Shown here in pieces: positions 8,921 through 18,089 of a stretch of 64,000 bases of DNA. The notes under the pieces are model-generated. The model had not been told where the DNA came from and did no database searches. It saw only the letters and a program-made list of their open reading frames with translations. Numbering within the stretch: position 1 is the stretch's first letter; each line of letters opens with the position of its first letter. The position numbers and the translations under genes were made by a program. Source of the stretch: Planctomycetota bacterium (GTDB lineage Bacteria > Planctomycetota > Phycisphaerae > WQYP01). Location: contig JAKAVA010000041.1 of NCBI GenBank assembly GCA_021827645.1, positions 2,076 through 66,075 of the forward strand, in the 5' to 3' direction.

Positions 8921-9765
8921 TGAGGATGAAAAATATGCGGCGTCAACGTCTGGGCTTAAAAGCAGTCATCACCTTTGCGGCTTTGGCTTTAACCTCTCCG
9001 GTTGCCGGCGCCCACAGCCCGAAGAAGGGGATCGGTATCCTATTCCGTCCCGATCCCTCACTCACCGTCGCGATACTCAAGAAGCTTCACGTGCATTGGT
9101 TCTACACATGGGGAAATTTGCGTCCTGCTGCCGCCCCGGCCAAGCTCCCGTTTGTTCCTATGATCTGGGGCTGTTATCCCAAGCAACTCCCGTCCGCCAT
9201 CCAGGGGTTGGTCAAGTATCGCCATACCGGCATCGCCTCGGCCATGCTCGGCTTTAATGAGCCGGATAATCATCGGCAATCCAACGTTCCCGTTACCAAA
9301 GCACTGAACGCTTGGCCGCAGTTGGAAGCGGCAGGTCTCCCTCTGGGCAGCCCCGCCTGCGTCAACGACCTGGATAAATGGATGCGGACATTTATGCGAG
9401 TTGCGGATCACCGCCATTACCGGGTGAACTTCGTCTGCGTTCATTGGTATGGTGCTCCGAATTCGAAGGGATTTCTGAAGATGCTCGCGCGGATTCATCA
9501 ACTTTATCATCGCCCGATCTGGGTAACCGAATTTGCCGTCAGTGACTGGAGCATCAAAAAGAATCATGGAATTAATAAATATTCCCCGCATATGATTGCA
9601 CGCTTCATGCGGGTTGTATTGTCCGCTCTGAATCATCTCTCATACGTACAGCGCTACGCCTGGTTCCCTGCTCCGCTTTCAGATAAAACACCAACTGGTA
9701 ATTCAGCGCTTTACCATAAAAACGGGAAGTTGACCCTTCTTGGGAGAATTTACTCCGCTGATTGA
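8920..9765 (+). CDS. Secreted glycoside hydrolase, GH128-like (putative beta-1,3-glucanase)
   Basis: Signal peptide; WFYTW, FVPMIWG, LGFNEPD, VHWY, PIWVTEFA, YVQRYAWF. Confidence 0.88.
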   Translation: MRMKNMRRQRLGLKAVITFAALALTSPVAGAHSPKKGIGILFRPDPSLTVAILKKLHVHWFYTWGNLRPAAAPAKLPFVPMIWGCYPKQLPSAIQGLVKYRHTGIASAMLGFNEPDNHRQSNVPVTKALNAWPQLEAAGLPLGSPACVNDLDKWMRTFMRVADHRHYRVNFVCVHWYGAPNSKGFLKMLARIHQLYHRPIWVTEFAVSDWSIKKNHGINKYSPHMIARFMRVVLSALNHLSYVQRYAWFPAPLSDKTPTGNSALYHKNGKLTLLGRIYSAD

Positions 9766-9945
9766 TGAATCTTCTTCAATCCACACTCCTCAATCAGCCT
9801 TGACCGGGCGGCGAAAATGGCAGATAACAGTGCGAATGAAACAGTCGGCGACTCTCGAATGGTGTAAAATCCACTGACAGCCCGTTGCGACTACGGTGCA
9901 CCCCGGTGTGTCAGGCGGGGCCGGATAAGGGTATAAGGCTCGATC

Positions 9946-11244
9946 ATGGCGGAAGCGGCCACGCAATATAATACTCCGTTGAAAATGGGGTTGATGGGGT
10001 ACATCGGCACGGCACTGGATGTCAATGATTTCATCTTCTTCAATATTGTCGTGGTGACCTTTCATAAATTCACCACCGACCTCTTCCTGATCGCCATTTT
10101 GGTCAATGTCCACCGCCTTCTCGGTTGTACGCTTCAGCCCTATGTGGCCTGGAAGGCGGACCATGTGCGCAGTCGCCTCGGCCGCCGTAAACCATTTCTC
10201 CTATGTTCATTATCCGGTACCGTTATTTTCGTCATCCTGCTTGGGCTGCTCCCTCAATGGATTTCAAAGCCGGAGTATCACACACTCTGGGCTCTGGCTC
10301 TGGTATCCGCCGTTTTTATCATCTGGCAGGTATGCCAGGAGATTAATTTAAGCGCCCATACCACCCTCTACCCCGCCGTCATCGAACAGCGGCGGCTGGG
10401 GACAGCCGGCTCGGTGAGAATGTTCATCAGCGGTCTGATGACATTATTTATGACGTATTACGTCATGCATTGGGCCGATATCAATGGATTTTACCCCTAT
10501 CTCGCAGCGGGAGTAATCACCGTTATCGCAATTCCGCTGCTTCTGATGACGCCGGAAAAATCAACCCATACCCCCTCACCGGCCAAATATAACCCCTTCG
10601 AACATATGCATCTTCTCTTTGAAAATCGCCGCTATGCGATGGTTTCCATCATCGCCTCCTGCGCACTGGCGTTTCCTGTAACGATGGTCCTTTTTCAATC
10701 GCTTTACGTGATTCATGTGCTGCATTTTTCTCTCGGTTCGTTAGGCAAGGCGATGTTTCCCGGCACGATCGTCGCGCTGGTGCTTGCGGTGCCGGCCGGT
10801 TATCTGGTAGATATCCTCACTCCCCGTCGCATGATGATCCTCAGTTTTATTCTCTGGATCGTGGCCGCCGGTGCCATGGCATTTTTTGTCCGTCACTGGT
10901 ATGCCCTGATGATCGTGCAGGTGCTCTATTTCATGGCCTATACCGTCCAGATGAGTGCCATCCTTGCACTGACCTTTGAAAGTGTGACGGAAGATATGCG
11001 CGGCGCGGTATTCGGTATTATTCAGGTTACACGTGCCGTTGCGACCATCATCGCCACCATTGCTGTGGGATATCTGGTGAACCTCGATCATGATTACCGG
11101 CTGGCTTATTACGGCTGTCTCCTGATTGCCGTCACCGGGCTGCTGGTTTCGTGGTTTCTTAAGCCTGCGGGCTGGATGCCGTCTGCATCACCCGCTGCGG
11201 ACGGTGCCATCGCAGGCACGCCGCCTTCTGCTGGAGAAATGTGA
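9946..11244 (+). CDS. MFS transporter (GPH-like sugar permease)
   Basis: About 12 hydrophobic segments; DHVRSRLGRRKPF motif. Confidence 0.85.
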   Translation: MAEAATQYNTPLKMGLMGYIGTALDVNDFIFFNIVVVTFHKFTTDLFLIAILVNVHRLLGCTLQPYVAWKADHVRSRLGRRKPFLLCSLSGTVIFVILLGLLPQWISKPEYHTLWALALVSAVFIIWQVCQEINLSAHTTLYPAVIEQRRLGTAGSVRMFISGLMTLFMTYYVMHWADINGFYPYLAAGVITVIAIPLLLMTPEKSTHTPSPAKYNPFEHMHLLFENRRYAMVSIIASCALAFPVTMVLFQSLYVIHVLHFSLGSLGKAMFPGTIVALVLAVPAGYLVDILTPRRMMILSFILWIVAAGAMAFFVRHWYALMIVQVLYFMAYTVQMSAILALTFESVTEDMRGAVFGIIQVTRAVATIIATIAVGYLVNLDHDYRLAYYGCLLIAVTGLLVSWFLKPAGWMPSASPAADGAIAGTPPSAGEM

Positions 11245-11247
11245 ACT

Positions 11248-12750
11248 ATGACCCAACCGCGACAGGTCATTTTTATCATGACCGACACTCAGAGAACCGA
11301 TATGCTCGGCTGCTACGGCAACCCAGCCATGAAAACGCCCGCCCTTGATGGACTCTCACAGCACGGTGTCCGGTTTGACCGTGCCTACACCTGTCAGCCC
11401 GTATGCGGACCGGCCCGCGCCGCGATTTTCACCGGTACATGGCCTCATTCCAACGGCTCATGGGCCAACAATATGGCGATCGGGGATAATATTAAAACAC
11501 TCGGCCAGCGACTCCGTGACAACAGGGTGCATTGCGGATACATCGGCAAATGGCATCTCGACGGCAGTGATTATTTTGGCCTGGGTCGTTGTGCCGACGG
11601 GTGGGACCCTGATTACTGGTACGACATGCGCCGTTACATTGACGAACTGTCGCCGGAAGACCGCAGGCGATCCCGCCTGACACCTTCGCAGGGCGCGTCG
11701 GTTGATGCCGAATTCACCTATGCACACCGATGTTCGGATCTCGCCATACGATTTCTTCGTGACCACGCCGGCGAGGATTTCTTTCTGGTTGTGTCGTACG
11801 ATGAACCGCATCATCCTTTTCTCTGTCCGCCCCGGTACAGCGAGATGTATCGCGACTATGCCTGGCCCCGCACACGCAATCATTTCGATACGCTGGAAAA
11901 CAAACCCGCACATCAGTTCGCATGGGCAAAAAGTCTCCCTCCCGGAGACCCCGCAAACCGGCAGATTGATGTTGCGGATTATCTGGGTTGTAATTCATTC
12001 GTTGATCACGAAATCGGCCGCGTGCTGGATATCGCCGCTGAACTGGCGCCCGAGGCGATGGTCATTTACACCTCTGATCATGGCGATGGACTTTATTCAC
12101 ATGGCATAACCAATAAAGGTCCGGTGGCTTATGATGAAATTGCCCGTATTCCCTTAATCGTCTCCTGGCCCGGCGCTGCACCGGCCGCGGTGATATCACA
12201 CGCTCCGACGTCTCATATCGACATAGCGCCCACCGTCATGGATGCCTTCGGCCTGCCCATTCCAAAATCGCTTGAAGGTCGCAGCATGCTGCCGACCATC
12301 CGCGACCCGGCCAAACCGATTAATGATGCTGTCTTCATCGAGTATGGACGATACGAAGTGGATCATGACGGCTTCGGCGGCTTCCAGCCGATGCGGGCGA
12401 TTTATGACGGGCGTCATAAACTGGTGGTGAATCTGCTGAGTTCCGATGAACTCTACGATCTCCAGGCTGATCCGCAGGAAATCGTCAATCTTATCCATTC
12501 ACCTGAGTATTCCCGGCAGCGAGATCAACTCCATGATCGGCTCCTGGAGTGGATGAACACCACGCGAGATCCATTCCGCGGCTACTATTGGCATCGGCGG
12601 CCCTGGCGCAAGGATGCGCCCGTAGCTTCATGGAATTACACCGGTATGACACGCCAACGAGAGAATGAAGAATATGAACCACGGCAACTGGATTATGACA
12701 CCGGTGAACCGATGATCAGCGCCGTCCGCAGAAAAACACCCCCCGGGTGA
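11248..12750 (+). CDS. Cytoplasmic S1 sulfatase, YidJ-like
   Basis: FIMTDTQ, CQPVCGPAR, GKWHLDGSDYFG, SYDEPHHPF, YEVDHDGFGGF; no signal peptide. Confidence 0.9.
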   Translation: MTQPRQVIFIMTDTQRTDMLGCYGNPAMKTPALDGLSQHGVRFDRAYTCQPVCGPARAAIFTGTWPHSNGSWANNMAIGDNIKTLGQRLRDNRVHCGYIGKWHLDGSDYFGLGRCADGWDPDYWYDMRRYIDELSPEDRRRSRLTPSQGASVDAEFTYAHRCSDLAIRFLRDHAGEDFFLVVSYDEPHHPFLCPPRYSEMYRDYAWPRTRNHFDTLENKPAHQFAWAKSLPPGDPANRQIDVADYLGCNSFVDHEIGRVLDIAAELAPEAMVIYTSDHGDGLYSHGITNKGPVAYDEIARIPLIVSWPGAAPAAVISHAPTSHIDIAPTVMDAFGLPIPKSLEGRSMLPTIRDPAKPINDAVFIEYGRYEVDHDGFGGFQPMRAIYDGRHKLVVNLLSSDELYDLQADPQEIVNLIHSPEYSRQRDQLHDRLLEWMNTTRDPFRGYYWHRRPWRKDAPVASWNYTGMTRQRENEEYEPRQLDYDTGEPMISAVRRKTPPG

Positions 12751-12870
12751 TCCGGATCAAGGGTAGCATATTCCGCTTTTCTGCGGTCGGGTACAAATTC
12801 AGTGGACTCAGACAGTCAACACTTCCCTTTATGCAGATGCACGGCTATCGGCCAGCCACGTTATGACATC

Positions 12871-13188
12871 CACCGCATGGGGATTGCTGTATGGAAGGTC
12901 ATCGCCGCGGCCAAGACCAAGCCATTCGGTTTTCAGGCGTTCTATCCCGCCACCGCCTCGGCGGCCACGGCATTCCCATCGACCCATCGGCAGCGGCATC
13001 ATGATCTGCAGATGAAAAGCGTATCCCTTACCCCGGCTAATATGCGCAAATATGATCTGGTGCTTATCGCCACCGATCACAGCCAGTATGACTGGCCGAT
13101 GATCTGTCGCCACAGTCGCCTGATTGTCGATACCCGCAATGCGACAGCGTCTGTGAAGGGGCCAAAAAAGCGGGTGATACTCGCGTAG
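12871..13188 (+). pseudogene. Remnant of a UDP-glucose/GDP-mannose dehydrogenase family (WecC/WbpA-like) gene
   Basis: RMGIAVWKVIAAAKTKPFGFQAFYP; frameshifted LGGHGIPIDP (12957-12986); jump to C-terminal DLVLIATDHSQYD...IVDTRN. Confidence 0.8.
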
Positions 13189-13265
13189 CCAGCCGTAAAA
13201 CTCGACTCCTTACCGGAGGCACCATCGGCATCGGTGTTGGGCGACGATGCCGTGGCTGCGGCGAT

Positions 13266-16200
13266 TCAGCTTGTGTGCCATGAGATTTCCAGCGCTGAAC
13301 CCTCCTTAAATCGCAGAGGGTGTTTGAATCTGATCACGGCGCGTTTATCAACAACGGAAGCCTCTGCGACAAGTTGTGTTCCATCAAATGCTACTCGCAG
13401 ATGTTTCAGCGGTGTTGTGCCTTCAGCCGGTGTCAGGCCGATGGTGAATTCTGAAAGCACCAGTTTGCCGGCCCGATGCACCACACGATGGGTGCGTGTT
13501 GTTCCTGTAGTGCGGGCGAAGTATTCCCCCCAGCCCGCAGCCGTGCAAAACAGGGATCGATGGTCGGTTGCGGAAATGCGCGGTGAAAATCCGATGGATC
13601 GGCGGATAGCGTCCCATCGGAAACCCTGCAGCCCCAGCAGCACGGTCCATACACTCAGAGCTCGAAAATAATGTTGGCCGCACTCAATGTGATCCCACGG
13701 CGCCCGTCGATGGACATACCGATCATAAACATCGGTGGTTACGGTGACGGAAAGATCGGTTCGATCGAGGTAGGCGAGGGACGAGGCAAACATAAATTCG
13801 ATTCCCGTCCACGGCCCGCTCCACTGTCCTTCACCTGCCGGCGTGCCGCCGTGGGGCCAGAATCCGTTGATGTAGGCGATGCCGTCATGCGGATGTACAT
13901 AAGGCATCCCTGGGCGGGTCTTCTGTCGGCAATAATGAAAAGCCGCTTCATTGTGCATTCGCACATAGTCGCGAGGTAAAATCTCGCCGAGATCACATAA
14001 GTCGGCAAACCACTGTCCGACGGTACCGGCCAGAAGAATACCGGTGTTTTCGGTTCCGGTTTTGAGGTCACGGGCCATCTGATAATATTGGCCGTTCCAT
14101 AATTCGGATTCGAAGCTCCGCTTCCCTTTTTCGAGCCATAAGGTGTAGTTGGCTTCGGTTTTATGATCGCCCAATATCCGCGCCATTCGAATTCCCGCAG
14201 CCAACGCCGCCAGAAAAATGCTTGAAACATACGAGGTGGTACCATTCATCGGCCAGCCGTCGAACGTACTGTCAGGGCCGTGGTCATCGGGTAGAAAATC
14301 CCCGCCCTTATCGGTGCGCTGGTCATACGCCATCGCTTTGGTAATCACCGGCCACATTTCACGCAGGTAGGCATGATCACCGGACCAGAGGTAATCGCGG
14401 TACGCCATCAACGTAAATGCCGGCATGAGATCAATCTTGTACCATGCGTCCGGGTGTTCAAATGTGCCGGGGAAAAAGTGCGGCATTTCACCGTCCGGTT
14501 TTTGATGGCGTGCACTGAGCCGCATGGACGTCCTCTGCTGATGTGGAAAGAGAAGTGAAATGGGATTGGACCCGTAAAATGCCACATCGAGGGTTTGTAA
14601 TCCGCAGCACCCCATCCCTTCCCAGACTGCATAGGTGCCGTCCTTCACCCACCATGTTTCTTTGCTCAGGGTAGTCAGCTGTGCGTTAATCGCATCCTTT
14701 ACTTTTGGCGGCATGGAACTCGCATAAAGCGCATCCTGAAAACTTTTGGTGCGTGTGAATAAATCACCGTGACGCGACGAGAGCTCGCGAACCACTTCCA
14801 TGGAATTATGAAACCATCGGCTGTACATGTGACCGAGAAAATTTGAATTGCGCGAATAATCATATTGATTAGGAAAGTGCCACGCCAAGATGAACGTGAT
14901 CGTCCGCTTTTCACCCGGTGCCAGATTAATGGTGGACGCCAGCGCGGTATTTCGCGCCTCTTCCGGTGGCACCTCCTGATTCAGCAGTGTGCCATGATCT
15001 TGAAAGTGGCGCCAGAAGGCATCGCGATCGCGCCACTGTGCCGCTGCGGGGGCGGCGGGCGATAGGGTCGCCAGAGTCATGTCGCCACTGGAGGCATCGA
15101 ATGGATCAACGCCAAAGCCGGGGCTGAAGGTTGCGTACGCCAGATGGGCCAGCAGGCCGGCATAAAACATCGGCACCTGCGTCCAATCTGCCGGGGGCCA
15201 ACCGCCGCCGACCGAACAGGCCCAAACTACGGTACGCCCTTTGCCGTAGTGTCCTGTTATCAGCAGCGGAGCGCCTCCGGTGGTCTTGAGAAGCACTTTG
15301 GCTCCGGATTTTAGTCCGGCGATCCTGTTGTAACCGCCGATCGTTTCGCGTTGTGGTGCGCCAAAAAGAAAATCGGTTTTTTCAACCAGCGCGATGCCGG
15401 TCGGCTGATTAACCGTATCAACGGAGTTGCATAGATGTACCGGCAGTGCCGTGTCAATCGGCGTGCCGTTGAGATGTCCCCAGCGATCACTGCTGTCGCC
15501 GTAAAACGCGTCCCATCCTCCGGTGGCCAGCAAGCCGACGCCGTGATGCACGGCATCCCGGATGATGACCATATTATCTTCGCCGAGAGCCACTTTGGCA
15601 TGTGGAATTTCACCCAGCCAGATCACGTCGTAATGTTCGGCGAGTTCCTTCGCGGTTGAGTATGGTAGAACAACCGACCCCGAATTGACATTCACGCTGG
15701 TATCGAGAGTCAGATTTTTCGTGTTATCAAAAACTTCCCTTACCCTGGGCGGTATGGATTCAATCAATACCAGGACGCGAACGGGTTTGCTCATTGCCGA
15801 CGGGCGCGAATCGGTCCGAGCTTTCATATGAACAGCCGTCAGGTTCGGCTCCTGCTCCACCCGGTTCTCCGTTCCGGTCCAGCCGTTATTCAAACCCACA
15901 CCGTTGCGAATGCTGGAGAGGATGGTGGTCTGCACCTTCTTAGCTGAACGATTCGTCAGTTCAAAGGAAAACACGGCGGCGGGAAAACCGGACTCCCGCG
16001 GTTGATGCGGTATCAGCGGTGACCATGCCGTCAAAGAGATGTCAAGTGGCAGTTCCGGATCGTCGTACCACAACTTCGCAATCGGGGCTCGTCCTTCGTA
16101 GGTAATGCTTTGGACCGGATGACCCGGATTGTCGGTATGGCGAACGGTTTCCAGCCGGCGGGTGACGGCCGGTGCACCTTCCTGCTGAGCACGAACGGCA

Positions 16201-16517
16201 AAGAAGGTATCGGGCAGAACCAGCCTCTGCCCCCAGTTATTAAAGATCTGCCATTCATACATCGCACCATCGGCCCGAAGTTCGAATGTTCCGGCCCCCA
16301 TTCCACCGAGCGAAATGCCCGAGGCCATCGGAGGGTGGAACAGGATCACCCGGCCGTCGGGTCCGCGCAGCGGAACACCGATTTCCTCGGCATGTGCGGC
16401 GGCGGTGGCGCTGGGGCGTGGTGTTATGATCATCGCGGCAGAGCCGGCGGTGAGCACCTTGAGAAAGTGACGTCGCGAGACGTCGTCACCCAGTGGTGTG
16501 GGGTTGGATGTCGTCAT
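13266..16517 (-). CDS. Tat-exported GH116 beta-glycosidase with internal GATase1-like (DUF1355) domain
   Basis: SRRHFLK Tat signal; GISLGGMGAG, WQIFNN, WEG..CCGLQTLDV, DSTFDGW, WTGIEF, HIECGQHYFRA; GGAG RBS before ATG 16517. Confidence 0.88.
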   Translation of the reverse strand: MTTSNPTPLGDDVSRRHFLKVLTAGSAAMIITPRPSATAAAHAEEIGVPLRGPDGRVILFHPPMASGISLGGMGAGTFELRADGAMYEWQIFNNWGQRLVLPDTFFAVRAQQEGAPAVTRRLETVRHTDNPGHPVQSITYEGRAPIAKLWYDDPELPLDISLTAWSPLIPHQPRESGFPAAVFSFELTNRSAKKVQTTILSSIRNGVGLNNGWTGTENRVEQEPNLTAVHMKARTDSRPSAMSKPVRVLVLIESIPPRVREVFDNTKNLTLDTSVNVNSGSVVLPYSTAKELAEHYDVIWLGEIPHAKVALGEDNMVIIRDAVHHGVGLLATGGWDAFYGDSSDRWGHLNGTPIDTALPVHLCNSVDTVNQPTGIALVEKTDFLFGAPQRETIGGYNRIAGLKSGAKVLLKTTGGAPLLITGHYGKGRTVVWACSVGGGWPPADWTQVPMFYAGLLAHLAYATFSPGFGVDPFDASSGDMTLATLSPAAPAAAQWRDRDAFWRHFQDHGTLLNQEVPPEEARNTALASTINLAPGEKRTITFILAWHFPNQYDYSRNSNFLGHMYSRWFHNSMEVVRELSSRHGDLFTRTKSFQDALYASSMPPKVKDAINAQLTTLSKETWWVKDGTYAVWEGMGCCGLQTLDVAFYGSNPISLLFPHQQRTSMRLSARHQKPDGEMPHFFPGTFEHPDAWYKIDLMPAFTLMAYRDYLWSGDHAYLREMWPVITKAMAYDQRTDKGGDFLPDDHGPDSTFDGWPMNGTTSYVSSIFLAALAAGIRMARILGDHKTEANYTLWLEKGKRSFESELWNGQYYQMARDLKTGTENTGILLAGTVGQWFADLCDLGEILPRDYVRMHNEAAFHYCRQKTRPGMPYVHPHDGIAYINGFWPHGGTPAGEGQWSGPWTGIEFMFASSLAYLDRTDLSVTVTTDVYDRYVHRRAPWDHIECGQHYFRALSVWTVLLGLQGFRWDAIRRSIGFSPRISATDHRSLFCTAAGWGEYFARTTGTTRTHRVVHRAGKLVLSEFTIGLTPAEGTTPLKHLRVAFDGTQLVAEASVVDKRAVIRFKHPLRFKEGSALEISWHTS

Positions 16518-16606
16518 AGGGTTCAAACTCCATTAAGAAAGGCTCAGCGGCAAGTGTAACAGCCGAAAAAGAGTTTAATGAATGGTAACACCGGGCGGGT
16601 TCACGC

Positions 16607-17659
16607 CTATTCGCGATTCTGCGCCAGCCAGGTTATGACATCGACCGCATGGTAGCTGATGATCGGCCCCGCACCGGCACGCTTAAACGCATACATGGAT
16701 TCAAGCACGGCCGCCTTTTCATCCAGCCACCCGGCCTGTGCGGCCGCTTTGATCATCGCGTATTCCCCGCTGACCTGATAGACCGCACACGGTACGGAGA
16801 CGGCCCGGCTTACCTCCCGAAGAACATCCAGATACGGCATGCCCGGCTTGACCATCACCATGTCAGCTCCCTCGGCTATATCGAGTTGAGCCTCGCGGAT
16901 CGCCTCGGTGGTGGCGCGCCGAAAATCCATCTGATAGCCGCGGCGGTCGCCAAACTGCGGCGGTGATTGTGCCGCTTCGCGAAACGGCCCGTAAAATGCG
17001 CTGGCATATTTGACGGAATACCCCATGATGGCTCGATCTATAAAACCGGCGGAGTCCAAACTGCGGCGGATGCTCGCGACGGCGTGATCCATCATGCCCG
17101 ACGGCGCCACCACATCCGCTCCCGCTTCGCAATGAATCACCGCCTGTTTGGCCAACAATTCAATGGTGGCATCGTTATCGACACCTTCAAATCCCTCCTC
17201 TGCGGCAGCCTTGGGCATCCGCCCACCTTTGCGCCTGGTGCGTACCGGTTTGGCCAGCGGGCCGCAGTGTCCATGGTCGGTGTATTCGCAATAACACAGA
17301 TCGGTCATCAGCAGTAAATTGAGTCCCGCCCGTTTCACCATTCGCAACGTGGTGCAAACGGCATTATCCGGGTCGTGGGCATGCGACCCGACGGCATCTT
17401 TGTCCGCCGCATCCACCACACCGAAGAGCATAACCCCGCGGAGGCCCATGGCTGCCCACTCGGAGAGCTCCTCCAGCAGCACGTCCGGGGAATATTGAAA
17501 ATGGCCTGGCATGCTCAGGATAGGATGACGAATGTCCTCTCCGTTGCGGACAAACAACGGCAGAATGAAATCCTCGGGCCGGAGAACATAATCGGCCGCC
17601 ATATCACGCAGGAGGGGATTCTGCCGCATCCGCCGCATCCGCTGGTTGTGATCAGACAT
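16607..17659 (-). CDS. hemB: Porphobilinogen synthase (Zn-type)
   Basis: DLCYCEYTDHGHCG, APSGMMD, YSVKYASAFYGPFR, MVKPG, YQVSGEYAMIKAA. Confidence 0.97.
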   Translation of the reverse strand: MSDHNQRMRRMRQNPLLRDMAADYVLRPEDFILPLFVRNGEDIRHPILSMPGHFQYSPDVLLEELSEWAAMGLRGVMLFGVVDAADKDAVGSHAHDPDNAVCTTLRMVKRAGLNLLLMTDLCYCEYTDHGHCGPLAKPVRTRRKGGRMPKAAAEEGFEGVDNDATIELLAKQAVIHCEAGADVVAPSGMMDHAVASIRRSLDSAGFIDRAIMGYSVKYASAFYGPFREAAQSPPQFGDRRGYQMDFRRATTEAIREAQLDIAEGADMVMVKPGMPYLDVLREVSRAVSVPCAVYQVSGEYAMIKAAAQAGWLDEKAAVLESMYAFKRAGAGPIISYHAVDVITWLAQNRE

Positions 17660-17693
17660 AGAAACCTCAAATCTCTGAACAACGCTTGTTATG

Positions 17694-18077
17694 TCATGGT
17701 TTGGCGCGGGCGGGACGTATCGAAGTTATCTGGGCGATATCCCGCTGCCAGTTTACCTCGTAATGAAACACGATTTTTTCTCCCACTTTCAGGCCTGCCG
17801 TACTCACCCCCCGCTCCAGTTGGTACGGCATCACCATGGCGGGCATCGTTCCTACCTTGCCGTTCATCCGCACCCAGTTATGAATCGGACCGGCATTGAT
17901 CTGCAACTGTGGCGGGCCCTGATTGGATACCGGCAGCGCCACGATCGTGCCGTGAACGATGTAATGGTAAGTCGTTCCCCTGGGGGTTGGGGGCGAATGG
18001 CGGCTGCACCCGGCAAGCGCCATCATGCATGCCGCGGATAGGATGATAACGTTAATGAAAGTATAGTGATTCTTCAT
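17694..18077 (-). CDS. Lipoprotein with CusF-like/copper-binding OB-fold domain
   Basis: Lipobox LAGC; MPAMVMPY...LKVGEKIVF pattern. Confidence 0.6.
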   Translation of the reverse strand: MKNHYTFINVIILSAACMMALAGCSRHSPPTPRGTTYHYIVHGTIVALPVSNQGPPQLQINAGPIHNWVRMNGKVGTMPAMVMPYQLERGVSTAGLKVGEKIVFHYEVNWQRDIAQITSIRPARAKP

Positions 18078-18089
18078 GGTATGTCGTCC

